Shown here: positions 15,682 to 23,956 of the stretch, piece after piece
Position numbering within the stretch: position 1 is the first letter of the stretch
Layout: each line of letters starts with the position of its first letter
Assembly: GCA_030652575.1 (NCBI GenBank)
Contig: JAUSQI010000125.1
Span: 19,240-51,239 of the forward strand
Reading direction: 5' to 3'
Length of the DNA: 32,000 bases
Source of the DNA: Stagnimonas sp.
GTDB taxonomy: Bacteria > Pseudomonadota > Gammaproteobacteria > Nevskiales > Nevskiaceae
Notes under the pieces: model-generated
What the model was told of the DNA's origin: nothing
Database searches by the model: none
The model's input: the letters and a program-made list of their open reading frames with translations, nothing else
Made by a program: the position numbers and the translations under genes

Positions 15682-18174
15682 CTAGAACTGGTATTTGAAG
15701 TAGAAGCCCAGATTGTCTCTGTCACGGTATAGGTTGTTTGACGAGCCACCAAAGAAGGTGTTGTAGGCGACGGTGAACGACAGCGCCTTTTCGTAGCGTG
15801 TCTCCAGCAGAAGATTCAGGCTTTTTCGACCCTGCACGAAGTTGCCTGCGGGGCCCGGTGAATTGCCTTGAATATCGTGCATGAGAATGAAGATGGGCTG
15901 CACGCTGATCGACGGCAGCACGGACTCGTAACTGATGCGTCCAACCACTCGATAGCCCCAGGAGAAAGCATCTGCAAACGCGCCACGTCGCGCCTGGAAA
16001 GGATTGAATCGCAAGCCATCTGGGCCGACTGTGCAACTTGGGTTGGTCGAACAGGCAAGGCGAGAACCATCGGCACCACTACCGTCCGCTCCAGCACTGG
16101 CGTGAGTGGTAGCGGTTAGAGGACCTTCGATTTGCAACTTATCGAAATCAGGCATGTTGAGTACGTGCGTCGCGGCCAGTTCGTACAGCAGGATGACCTG
16201 ATCGGCACGAATCCAATTTTCGGAAGCTCCTAATACCTGCGTGGCTCCGATGTTGTATTGCGCAACCTTGCCTGGAATCCAGCCCTGGATATAGCTATTC
16301 GGCGGGTTCTCGCCGATCGTTCCGCCCCGGAATGGCGTGATGAAATTCGGAAATGAGCGTGCGGAGCCTGGTGCTGCACCAATCACCAGATTGACCGTAT
16401 CGGCATACGGGTTGTTGCCGTTGGCATCCGTGAAGTCATTGCCGTCATACACCACATAGCCACCAGCTTCATTGAAACCCAAGCCAGCTTGAGAGCCTGC
16501 ACAGCCGACACTGGCATCGTGACAACTGGTCAAGACCGGACCGAAGGAGGCAAAAGCAAGGTCAATCAATGCAACCTGCAATGGCAGGTTTGGTCGATAG
16601 GCTACTTCACCTTGCAGTGATAAATCCCCGACCGTGGTGGTGAAACTGAAGCCAAACAGCTTGCGGTCTTCTGGGTATTCGAGCTGGATCGCAGCCGTGT
16701 CCAGCGGCACTGCATCTGACGCTGGCTGCCCCGGCTGCGGCAGCAGCAGATTCACCAATCCACCTAGCGCCGAAGGATCTGCAGCAACGCCGAGATCGCC
16801 CAATACCTGTGGGCGTTGTGCCGTCAGGCTGATCAGATCAGCGCTGATCTGGGAGTTGGCACTCGGTGCGGTAAGCGGCAGATTGGGGCAGACATCCAGG
16901 AATTCCAGTGTGTTCCGTGCATCGATTCCGCGGGCGTTGCCAAGCCGACGGGCACAACTGGCATTGGTCGAGAAGAAGCTGACGTACGGCAATTTTGAGT
17001 GGTAGTTCATGTAGTACAGACTGAGCTCGGTTCCGTTGTTGAGCTCTTCTGCGTAGTACTTGAGCGAGACGCCGTACTGGCCCTGGCTTCGAGCGTTCTT
17101 GTCTGGCCGACGATCCAATGTCAGCGTCGTCGGTGTGATCAGCGTCAAAGGATTATCCAGCGGAGCACCAACCTTATCCGGGTCATCAGCCGCCCCACCA
17201 AAAGCGGCGTTGACGGTGTCACGCAGATCGCCAGTACCGATATCCACGAACGAGAAGTAGGCACCTGGCGTGGGAATTTCCACAGGCTGCCATTCGTATT
17301 GATAGAAGGCCTCCATGCTGACACCGCCAAAAAGGGATGTGCCGGCACGCACGCTGCCGATGGGAACAAAAAGCTCTTCCAGCAAACCAAAACCAAGTCT
17401 GTAGAGGCTATTGGCATTAACTGGCTGCGCCTGATTGAGGCTGTTGATAACTGCTACGGTGCTTTGGCCCCAGTTCACACTTTGTCGCCCGACTCGGAAG
17501 GTTAATTCACGGTCGCCTGGTAGCGATGCCGTACCGAAGAAGTTGGCATCAAGCAAATCAAATCGCAGACCGATCTGTTGTGCTTCGTCGTTCGCTCTTT
17601 CACTCCGCACTGATGCACCAGGGCCATACACCCGGGGTAGATAGCGGTTGGAGGTGGTGGGACGATCTGCAATACCGACCTGCTCTACATTGTCGGCCGT
17701 AATGAGATTGGGACGGTACTCACGAAAGTCGAATCCATTGACTGGATCAGCAATCCCAATGCCGCGCACGAAGAATCCATAGTTTCCAAAGCTCACCGTC
17801 AGATCTTGCGATAGCTTGAAAGGGGCCTGGGTGATATCGCCCTTGTCGTAATTGAGATTGCCATCATCAAAATTGACCGAGGCCATTCCAGGCGAACGGG
17901 TCAGCTGCTGCGCAGGGAAGTTTTGCAGGCGATGCAGGCCCTGACAGGATTGATATTGGCCGGAGCACACGGTCGGATTTAGGTTTGCCTTGCCCACCAA
18001 ATCGTCCGCACGATCCTCGATTCGCCAAGATGCACCGAAGGTTACGGTATTGTTGAGAACGGCAGATACCGCAGTGTCCCCCGCTTGAAAATTGAAGTCG
18101 ACGGCCAGTGCTTTCTGCGCAAGAGTGACAAGCGCAGCTGCGCAGGCGATATGGTGCAGGTTCAAACGTCGCAT
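15682..18174 (-). CDS. DUF1302-family outer-membrane beta-barrel protein (unusually long, 830 aa)
   Basis: Signal peptide MRRLNLHHIACAAALVTLAQKALA. It also has FRVGRQSVNWGQST, a C-terminal FFGG...NLYRDRDNLGFYFKYQF, and a terminal aromatic residue typical of OMPs. ATG at 18174 is chosen; the track's 881-aa version would overlap the upstream gene. Confidence 0.8.
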   Translation of the reverse strand: MRRLNLHHIACAAALVTLAQKALAVDFNFQAGDTAVSAVLNNTVTFGASWRIEDRADDLVGKANLNPTVCSGQYQSCQGLHRLQNFPAQQLTRSPGMASVNFDDGNLNYDKGDITQAPFKLSQDLTVSFGNYGFFVRGIGIADPVNGFDFREYRPNLITADNVEQVGIADRPTTSNRYLPRVYGPGASVRSERANDEAQQIGLRFDLLDANFFGTASLPGDRELTFRVGRQSVNWGQSTVAVINSLNQAQPVNANSLYRLGFGLLEELFVPIGSVRAGTSLFGGVSMEAFYQYEWQPVEIPTPGAYFSFVDIGTGDLRDTVNAAFGGAADDPDKVGAPLDNPLTLITPTTLTLDRRPDKNARSQGQYGVSLKYYAEELNNGTELSLYYMNYHSKLPYVSFFSTNASCARRLGNARGIDARNTLEFLDVCPNLPLTAPSANSQISADLISLTAQRPQVLGDLGVAADPSALGGLVNLLLPQPGQPASDAVPLDTAAIQLEYPEDRKLFGFSFTTTVGDLSLQGEVAYRPNLPLQVALIDLAFASFGPVLTSCHDASVGCAGSQAGLGFNEAGGYVVYDGNDFTDANGNNPYADTVNLVIGAAPGSARSFPNFITPFRGGTIGENPPNSYIQGWIPGKVAQYNIGATQVLGASENWIRADQVILLYELAATHVLNMPDFDKLQIEGPLTATTHASAGADGSGADGSRLACSTNPSCTVGPDGLRFNPFQARRGAFADAFSWGYRVVGRISYESVLPSISVQPIFILMHDIQGNSPGPAGNFVQGRKSLNLLLETRYEKALSFTVAYNTFFGGSSNNLYRDRDNLGFYFKYQF

Positions 18175-18253
18175 GATTGGGTGCTGTAGTAAGAGATGGA
18201 GTCGTTGGCCGCCAGCGCAGAGGTTGCCGGCACAAATGTTGTCGCTCCGACGT

Positions 18254-18727
18254 TCAAGGTTGGGTGGCCTCTTCGACAATGACGTTGACACTCTTGATTG
18301 TTGACTTGATGGTCTTGTGGTCACCATCCGCCCAGAACACTTTCAGGGTGTGCGGGCCTGGCTTTGCCGGCAGATCGAAGACGAAGAGGTACCGATCGCC
18401 ACCGAGGCGGATGAGCTGGTCGTTTACCGGCATCAGCGAGATACCTTCGGTCTCGATGTGAAGATGTGTGCCCACCGTAGGCGCACTCATGGTGAGACGA
18501 CGCAGGTCGCCAGGCGTTTCAAAAATCAGGGCCAGCTGGGTCCCAACTCTGGCACCTTCAGTCGGCATCAGGATGCGCAGCGCAGGCACCTCCGTCGGTG
18601 CAGCGCCCTGCCCCGTCGCAGACTTTGCGTGGTGGGCATGATGGTGCTCATGTCCGACCTCTGCGGAGAATGCAGCGAGTGGGAACAGCGCTGAAGTCAA
18701 CAATGCGAACAGGGGTTTGGTATTCAT
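18254..18727 (-). CDS. periplasmic His-rich protein, DUF4399-like (putative metal/copper-binding)
   Basis: ATG at 18727 gives a 157-aa protein with signal peptide MNTKPLFALLTSALFPLAAFSA. This is followed by EVGHEHHHAHH, and then by VGTHLHIE...PGPHTLKVFWADGDHK, which resembles the DUF4399 pattern (GHHHL..D ... pGxHTL...D..H). Confidence 0.55.
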   Translation of the reverse strand: MNTKPLFALLTSALFPLAAFSAEVGHEHHHAHHAKSATGQGAAPTEVPALRILMPTEGARVGTQLALIFETPGDLRRLTMSAPTVGTHLHIETEGISLMPVNDQLIRLGGDRYLFVFDLPAKPGPHTLKVFWADGDHKTIKSTIKSVNVIVEEATQP

Positions 18728-18764
18728 GCGTGAGGTCCTTGTGTAAGGCTGTGGAAAAAGAGGG

Positions 18765-20732
18765 TTAGTGGACGTGATCGTCTGGCGGCGGCTTGAGTTG
18801 TGGCTCGAGGTTGAGCGTTGCGAGCTGGGGGTAGAGTTTTTCAAGCTGGTCCCAACCGTCAGAGTCTGCTTCAGCGATCCAGCGCGCACGCAAGTATCCG
18901 AAGCGATCAATCAGGAACTCGACGTGTTGCCACTCCATGCCGAGACGGTCTGGCATGCCGCGATTTGCAACCGTGCGCGACAACAATTCGTAAGACGACC
19001 AGATCGGTGTGCCGCCCCCTTGGATGACCGTGAATGGCAAACCGGCGGGTATCGGGAGCGCGGTATCGACCACCGCTAGAATGGTCGTGCGCAGACCTGC
19101 CAGCTGGCCTTGTGCCTCCGCCAACTGCATGAGACGTCCTTTGGCTGTAGGCCCTTCAAGAAATACCAGCAAGACATTATGCAAACCTCGATAGCCCTTG
19201 AGTTCCATCGGGCCAGCTGGTTGCTCGATGTAGAAATTCGGCGCGCCTAACCAAGGCTGCTTTGGGGTCACCTGCGGCCGCAGCAGACGCGCTTCGAAGC
19301 CCTGCGAAAAAGTGCGCAGAAAATTGATGACGTCCCAGCGGTCGGTGACAGTCATCACCTTCTCGAATCCAGGCATGCCGCCGGCGGGAATTCCGTGCGT
19401 CAACCACCAGTGCATATCGCCAGCAGTGTGCAGTGCCGTGTGCGGTTCGCTGAGATTGGCCGGCAACCGTGGCAACGATTTTGCGAACGGGCCATCACCC
19501 AAGCCACCGCTACCGTGGCAACCAGTGCAGTGCGCCTCATACAGGGCACGACCTTCGGCGATTGAGACTGTCAGATAAGGTACATCTGAGCGCCGAAAGC
19601 TATCCGGATAGGCAGGCACCGCCAGTGCCCAGCACAACGTCCCAACACTAGCGAGGCCGATGACCCCGCCCAGGATACGCAGTCTGCTGCTGCGCCCCAA
19701 ACCGACCAACAGCGAAGCCACCGTGAGACTGCCGACTGCACCGAGGATCCAAACACGCAGCGCCTTGTCGACCCAAGTGGCATCCCATGACCAGCGAACC
19801 GGCATCCACCAGAAGGCGGTGTCGTGCAGTGCTGGAGTAGTCTGACCAAGCAAGGTAGCGCATCCCAGCATGGCAGCTGCCAACCCCATCTCGATACCGA
19901 CATGCCGCAGCGCCTGAGGTGCGATCTGTAAGGCATCTTCGCCTGAGTGAAGCGCAGGCAGAAAGCGTTGCCGCAACCGGTTGGCAAGCAACAGAACACT
20001 GCCCAACAAGGCGAGCTTCACCAGCAATAATGCCCCGTATCGAGTGCCGAGGAGATCTCCTTCGGTATCAATGTAGTTGTCGGCAAGCAGTAGTCCGCTC
20101 ACGACAATAACCGCCATGAGGCCCGTCGCCAGATGCGAGAAACGCGTCAGTGCATCGGCGAGCCTGGACTGCGATAGCCCGAGGTGGCGATATGAAAATC
20201 GATGCACCGTGATTGCCCATATCGGCAAACCGCCGACCCAGAGCGCAACAGCAATCTGGTGGCTCACATTCAGCAGCAACGCCTCGGCCAGATTCTCGGC
20301 ACCAGCTGCATGTCCTCCCCAAGGTCCAAGACAGATATAGAGCGCTACCAGAGCGGGCAGCAAAGCGATGGCCATGGGGCGGGTCGACTCGTATCGGGTC
20401 AGCACGGCAGCTGGCACCACAAGAAGGGCAACAGCAGCTCGCCACATCCAGACTCGTCCCACGTGAGTATCGAGAATAAATTGGGTCCAGCCGTCAAGCG
20501 TCAGCGCACGTTCACCCAGTGCATTGAACTGGCCTGCCAGAGTGCCGATGTGCAAGAGCAGCAGAAGACCTGAAGGCAGCAGCCAAAAAAGCAGCTCACT
20601 GCGGACATCAGTTCGGGCGGTGTGCGGCCCCAGATCGCGGAGACAGAAATAGCGAAACAGGGTGGTGCCGATGATGACCGACCCGGATATTGCGGCCATC
20701 CACCGGCAGACGCCGGCGACGGCTTCAATCAT
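18765..20732 (-). CDS. copD: CopD-family copper-transport membrane protein fused to a class-I cytochrome c domain and a Cys-less thioredoxin-fold-like C-terminal domain
   Basis: 655 aa. Residues ~1-375 are polytopic and CopD-like. The heme motif CTGCH (nt 19515-19529) is followed by a downstream GGMPGF Met ligand region. Residues ~495-655 have a redoxin-like layout (NVLLVFLEG...ILAVVDT...EFLIDRFGYLR) without a CxxC. Confidence 0.8.
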   Translation of the reverse strand: MIEAVAGVCRWMAAISGSVIIGTTLFRYFCLRDLGPHTARTDVRSELLFWLLPSGLLLLLHIGTLAGQFNALGERALTLDGWTQFILDTHVGRVWMWRAAVALLVVPAAVLTRYESTRPMAIALLPALVALYICLGPWGGHAAGAENLAEALLLNVSHQIAVALWVGGLPIWAITVHRFSYRHLGLSQSRLADALTRFSHLATGLMAVIVVSGLLLADNYIDTEGDLLGTRYGALLLVKLALLGSVLLLANRLRQRFLPALHSGEDALQIAPQALRHVGIEMGLAAAMLGCATLLGQTTPALHDTAFWWMPVRWSWDATWVDKALRVWILGAVGSLTVASLLVGLGRSSRLRILGGVIGLASVGTLCWALAVPAYPDSFRRSDVPYLTVSIAEGRALYEAHCTGCHGSGGLGDGPFAKSLPRLPANLSEPHTALHTAGDMHWWLTHGIPAGGMPGFEKVMTVTDRWDVINFLRTFSQGFEARLLRPQVTPKQPWLGAPNFYIEQPAGPMELKGYRGLHNVLLVFLEGPTAKGRLMQLAEAQGQLAGLRTTILAVVDTALPIPAGLPFTVIQGGGTPIWSSYELLSRTVANRGMPDRLGMEWQHVEFLIDRFGYLRARWIAEADSDGWDQLEKLYPQLATLNLEPQLKPPPDDHVH

Positions 20733-21129
20733 TCACTGCACCTGCTGCCTGGATGCGGAAACCGTAACCGTATTCGACGATGTGACCGTCTACCGAAAGC
20801 ACCTTGTATTTCACGGTGTAACTGCCGTTCGCAAGCGCTGGCAGAGGCACGATCAGACAGCGTGTCTTGGCTCCATCTCTCGCCGGCGGCGGCAGCACTA
20901 CCGCCTTGCCTGCCCCGTCCTCAAGCAGCACTTTGGAAAAGCCCGCCTCGACGTTTTCGTTGAAGCACAGTCGGATCTGCTTTGGTGCGATGCTCAAGAC
21001 TGCGCGTCGCCCGGGTTCCGAACTAATCATGCCGGCATGAGCAGATGCAGCAGTCGGCAGCACCAACAAAAACACAAGTGCTGCCGCCTCTGTGGCGACA
21101 CTGGCCCGCAGCAACGCGCGCGTCGTCAT
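20725..21129 (-). CDS. copC: periplasmic copper-binding protein CopC (Cu(II)-site type)
   Basis: Signal peptide ending ASA|HAGMISSEP, so the mature N-terminus is a His. It has SVDGH near the C-terminus and no Met-rich Cu(I) loop. ATGA overlap with the upstream gene and an 8-nt overlap with copD. Confidence 0.85.
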   Translation of the reverse strand: MTTRALLRASVATEAAALVFLLVLPTAASAHAGMISSEPGRRAVLSIAPKQIRLCFNENVEAGFSKVLLEDGAGKAVVLPPPARDGAKTRCLIVPLPALANGSYTVKYKVLSVDGHIVEYGYGFRIQAAGAVND

Positions 21130-21722
21130 GATGTGCTTTTTGCAGCTTTGCGTGATGTCAAATAATAGGCAAGGCCGGCAAGTCCCAGCGAGAAGATTGC
21201 GGCACCCACGTAACGACCGTAGTGACGAACGCCGACTCGGAACGGGAAAACCGAATGTTCGACCTTGCCAGTTTTTGGGTCGGTCGCCGTGAGGAATCCG
21301 ATATACCAGCCGGAGGCCTCAAAGACGTGATCGAACGTCAGTGTGCCTCGCGGGTAAATGCCGGCAGGCATTTTCACGACCGTCGCCGCATCGATCTCCT
21401 CTGCATTGCCTAAATCCTCGTAACGACCGGCGGCCTTGCGATTCTTCACATCGCGCAGCACCCGAAACTCGACACGCTGCTCACGAAGTGCTGGTGTGAT
21501 GTAGTCGATCACGATGATCGCTCGCCCCAATTCAGGAATGTCTTCGCAGAACTCCTGGGTGGCCCGCACCTCCGGCTGATAGCCGGTGAAGTGGGCACGC
21601 ATGCCGGCAACCTTGAGAATGCAGTTGTCGTCCTCAATAGACACACCGCCGTGTGCCTCTGCCTCAAGTGGCAACAGCAGTATCAAGGTCGCGACGGAAA
21701 ACGCAGTGAGTAGTTTCTTCAT
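21126..21722 (-). CDS. PmoD/AmoD-like periplasmic protein with a C-terminal membrane anchor (putative)
   Basis: ATG at 21722 gives 198 aa. The signal peptide is MKKLLTAFSVATLILLLPLEAEA|HGG. A Cys-x6-Met-x2-His cluster (CILKVAGMRAH) sits near the mature N-terminus. A single C-terminal TM helix (YVGAAIFSLGLAGLAYYL) is followed by a basic tail. The position between pmoB and copCD matches amoD/pmoD. Confidence 0.5.
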   Translation of the reverse strand: MKKLLTAFSVATLILLLPLEAEAHGGVSIEDDNCILKVAGMRAHFTGYQPEVRATQEFCEDIPELGRAIIVIDYITPALREQRVEFRVLRDVKNRKAAGRYEDLGNAEEIDAATVVKMPAGIYPRGTLTFDHVFEASGWYIGFLTATDPKTGKVEHSVFPFRVGVRHYGRYVGAAIFSLGLAGLAYYLTSRKAAKSTS

Positions 21723-21730
21723 CGCAGGGG

Positions 21731-22960
21731 TTATCCGAATACCGGGATCATCGGGCCGCCAAACTCGACCAGATAACGTTTGCCGGTGCCTGTATAAAAG
21801 TGCAGCAGCCCTGCAACAACCGCATCGGGTGAAGCGATCATGGTGGTCATCCGTTCGGTCTCCCACATCGCATCGTCTGCGTAGATCACCAGACGCTTGG
21901 TTTCACCGGGTGCCACGGGGCCGCCCTCCACGCGCAGGGCATCAGGCGCAAGAAGATCATGCTCGTCAAGAGGCTTGACCTTCAGCACAGCCGAGTTGAT
22001 GAAGCGCAGATTTCCCGCAGCGAACTCGCCGACAGTGATTGGCTCATCGCCTCGGTTGGTTACTTCGACCTCAAGACGGAAACTGCGACCAGGAATTCGA
22101 TATCTTGCTTCGATGAGCTTGATGGATACGGGATTGGGCGCACGTTCGATCGCCGGGACATCGACTCGCCCGGTTTGCAGTGGAGTCGTGATCGGGTATT
22201 GCTCCTGTGCATACAGGTAACCACCGGCAATCAATCCGAGTGTCAGCAGCAGAAAGCCACCTGCTATACGGCGATCCCACGTCGTAATCATCTCATCGGC
22301 TCTAGTACCCAACTCCTGCGCGCGTTTGAATCTCGGCACGATGATCGGGCACTTGGTCAGCCAGTAGATGAACCAGGCGAGCCCTACGGAAAACCAGAGT
22401 GCAGACCAGAACACGACATTGGAGAAGCCATACGTTTCAAGATCGATTTTCTTGCCCAGCAACGTGGTTGTGCTGTTCTCAAAGTCCGCAAAGCTGCCGG
22501 TGACCTCAACCCAGATACCAGGGCCGATGATCGGCCCGGTGCCTTTGACGTTGATCACAGGATGGACGTGATAGCGACCTGGCTTGCGAGCCTTCATCGT
22601 CACCTCGAAGTCATAGAGCTCGCCGTAACGAAACGAGGTAGAGCGAATCATCGGAACGCCATTGACACGCGAATCCAGACGCACAAAGGAAGGCCCCGGC
22701 ACCCCGATATTGAGATAGGCAGTGTCTTCGATAGAGTTCACGTGATGAGGCCAATACTTCGAGGGCATGAACTGCCCCTTGATCGTAATGACCTCATTCA
22801 CTGCCAGTTTGGCGGTGGAGACTTGGACATCTAGCCAATGGACCGTGCGCATGCGCAACTGCGGCATCTGCGCGCGTTCACCGTGTGCTACGGCTTCAAG
22901 TGGCAGGAGGCTGATGAAGAACACCAGCGCGGAGATACTCAGAGAAAGAATGGTTTTCAT
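21731..22960 (-). CDS. pmoB: copper membrane monooxygenase subunit B (PmoB/AmoB family)
   Basis: 409 aa, collinear with M. capsulatus PmoB as I recall it. Matching segments are A|HGERAQ...MRTVHWLD, RYHVHPVINVKGTGPIIGPG, two central TM helices, YPITTPLQ, and C-terminal APGETKRL...LIPVFG-like. The CuB ligands (N-terminal His plus HxH) are present. Confidence 0.93.
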   Translation of the reverse strand: MKTILSLSISALVFFISLLPLEAVAHGERAQMPQLRMRTVHWLDVQVSTAKLAVNEVITIKGQFMPSKYWPHHVNSIEDTAYLNIGVPGPSFVRLDSRVNGVPMIRSTSFRYGELYDFEVTMKARKPGRYHVHPVINVKGTGPIIGPGIWVEVTGSFADFENSTTTLLGKKIDLETYGFSNVVFWSALWFSVGLAWFIYWLTKCPIIVPRFKRAQELGTRADEMITTWDRRIAGGFLLLTLGLIAGGYLYAQEQYPITTPLQTGRVDVPAIERAPNPVSIKLIEARYRIPGRSFRLEVEVTNRGDEPITVGEFAAGNLRFINSAVLKVKPLDEHDLLAPDALRVEGGPVAPGETKRLVIYADDAMWETERMTTMIASPDAVVAGLLHFYTGTGKRYLVEFGGPMIPVFG

Positions 22961-22969
22961 GTGAGGGTC

Positions 22970-23737
22970 CTAGACGATCTTGCGAATCCAGATCGCTTTA
23001 GTACCGAGGTACCCGATCCAGAGCCAGAACCAGTAATTGAGGATGTTGAGAAAGCCTGCAAACACTGCCGTGAGTGGCGTTACAGCTTCCCCGAAAGTGC
23101 GAAGCGTGGACTCTTCAATGATCCGAACGTACTCCGGGATTGCTGTACGGATGTATTCGTAGCCCAGCGTGTCTGCGACCGTCAGCATCGTGCCGTGCAT
23201 TTCCACGGGCACTTGAAAGGGCGCGAGCATCGACCAGTTGAGTGGATACAGGAATGCACCGACCGCAAAACCACCAAACAAGCCCGTCCAGAAAAAGCTT
23301 CGGGTCAGCAGCAGCATGCAATCCAGTATCAAGCCCAGTCCGATGTAGGTTGAAGGCCAGACAAAGTTCATCGGAAAGTCGGCGAACAAGTGGAAGTTCA
23401 GATAGCGGCTTATCCAGGCCGCAAAGGTCAGACAAAGAATGGTGAGCGTACCTCCAAGAGGTAGGCGCAGCTTGTCCCACAAGACGTATGAGAAAACGGC
23501 GGGCAACACCGTGATCGCCAAGGGCGTAACCAAGGGCCACCAGCGGCGGTCACGCCAATCCACCCAGTAGTCCCAGTCACCAACCAGCAGTGCGAAGTGA
23601 AAGCTGAAGATGCCGGCGAATAGCAACACCACTAGTGGGATGGCAAGAAGATCCACTTGGATGTAAGCCTTGCGCTGCTCAGCCGATGAGGACATACCTG
23701 ATCTGGTTGCCGATACCGCTTGCGAGCTCTTGCTCAT
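22970..23737 (-). CDS. pmoA: copper membrane monooxygenase subunit A (PmoA/AmoA family)
   Basis: ATG at 23737 (GGAG RBS) gives 255 aa. GDWDYWVDWRDRRWWP, RYLNFHLFADFPMNFVWPS and GYEYIRTAIPEYVRIIEESTLRTFG all closely match PmoA/AmoA conserved blocks. Confidence 0.93.
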   Translation of the reverse strand: MSKSSQAVSATRSGMSSSAEQRKAYIQVDLLAIPLVVLLFAGIFSFHFALLVGDWDYWVDWRDRRWWPLVTPLAITVLPAVFSYVLWDKLRLPLGGTLTILCLTFAAWISRYLNFHLFADFPMNFVWPSTYIGLGLILDCMLLLTRSFFWTGLFGGFAVGAFLYPLNWSMLAPFQVPVEMHGTMLTVADTLGYEYIRTAIPEYVRIIEESTLRTFGEAVTPLTAVFAGFLNILNYWFWLWIGYLGTKAIWIRKIV

Positions 23738-23956
23738 TCTCAACTCCGATTTATGTGGTGCCCGCCGCCCGAGCCTGCTGAGGACGCTCGCTGCACCGTT
23801 TAGTTTTTTTGTGACAAGGCAAACCATGCTGCGAGGAGCGACGCACCGGTTAGGGGCCCGCAACTTCAAATCAATGGCGGATGCTCTTTTTCAAGCTCTC
23901 AGCAGGCCACATGTGGAATCCCTCGTGGCCAGCTGAGAAGACTTGAGGAACCTTCG

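Noticed and set aside
18040-18100. TonB-box-like sequence (GDTAVSAVL) at the mature N-terminus of the DUF1302 protein.
   Set aside because: It aligns with the conserved first beta-strand region that precedes the family's ..NT..Y/FGA.WR motif in ordinary DUF1302 proteins. The resemblance to DTxVVTA is too short to be evidence. It is kept only as something to examine in a structure model.
18254-18910. Longer track versions of several genes: 18254-18910, 21126-21866, 22970-23869, 15682-18327, 12818-13411, 30299-31222 and 23957-24742.
   Set aside because: The N-terminal extensions overlap the upstream gene, lack leader-like sequence, and precede an internal ATG. That internal ATG has a proper RBS or signal peptide, or aligns with the family N-terminus. 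The shorter starts were used.
23907-23916. 10-bp perfect palindrome CCACATGTGG in the pmoC-pmoA intergenic region.
   Set aside because: It is too short and isolated to distinguish from chance. No flanking T-tract or repeated copy supports a terminator or operator role.
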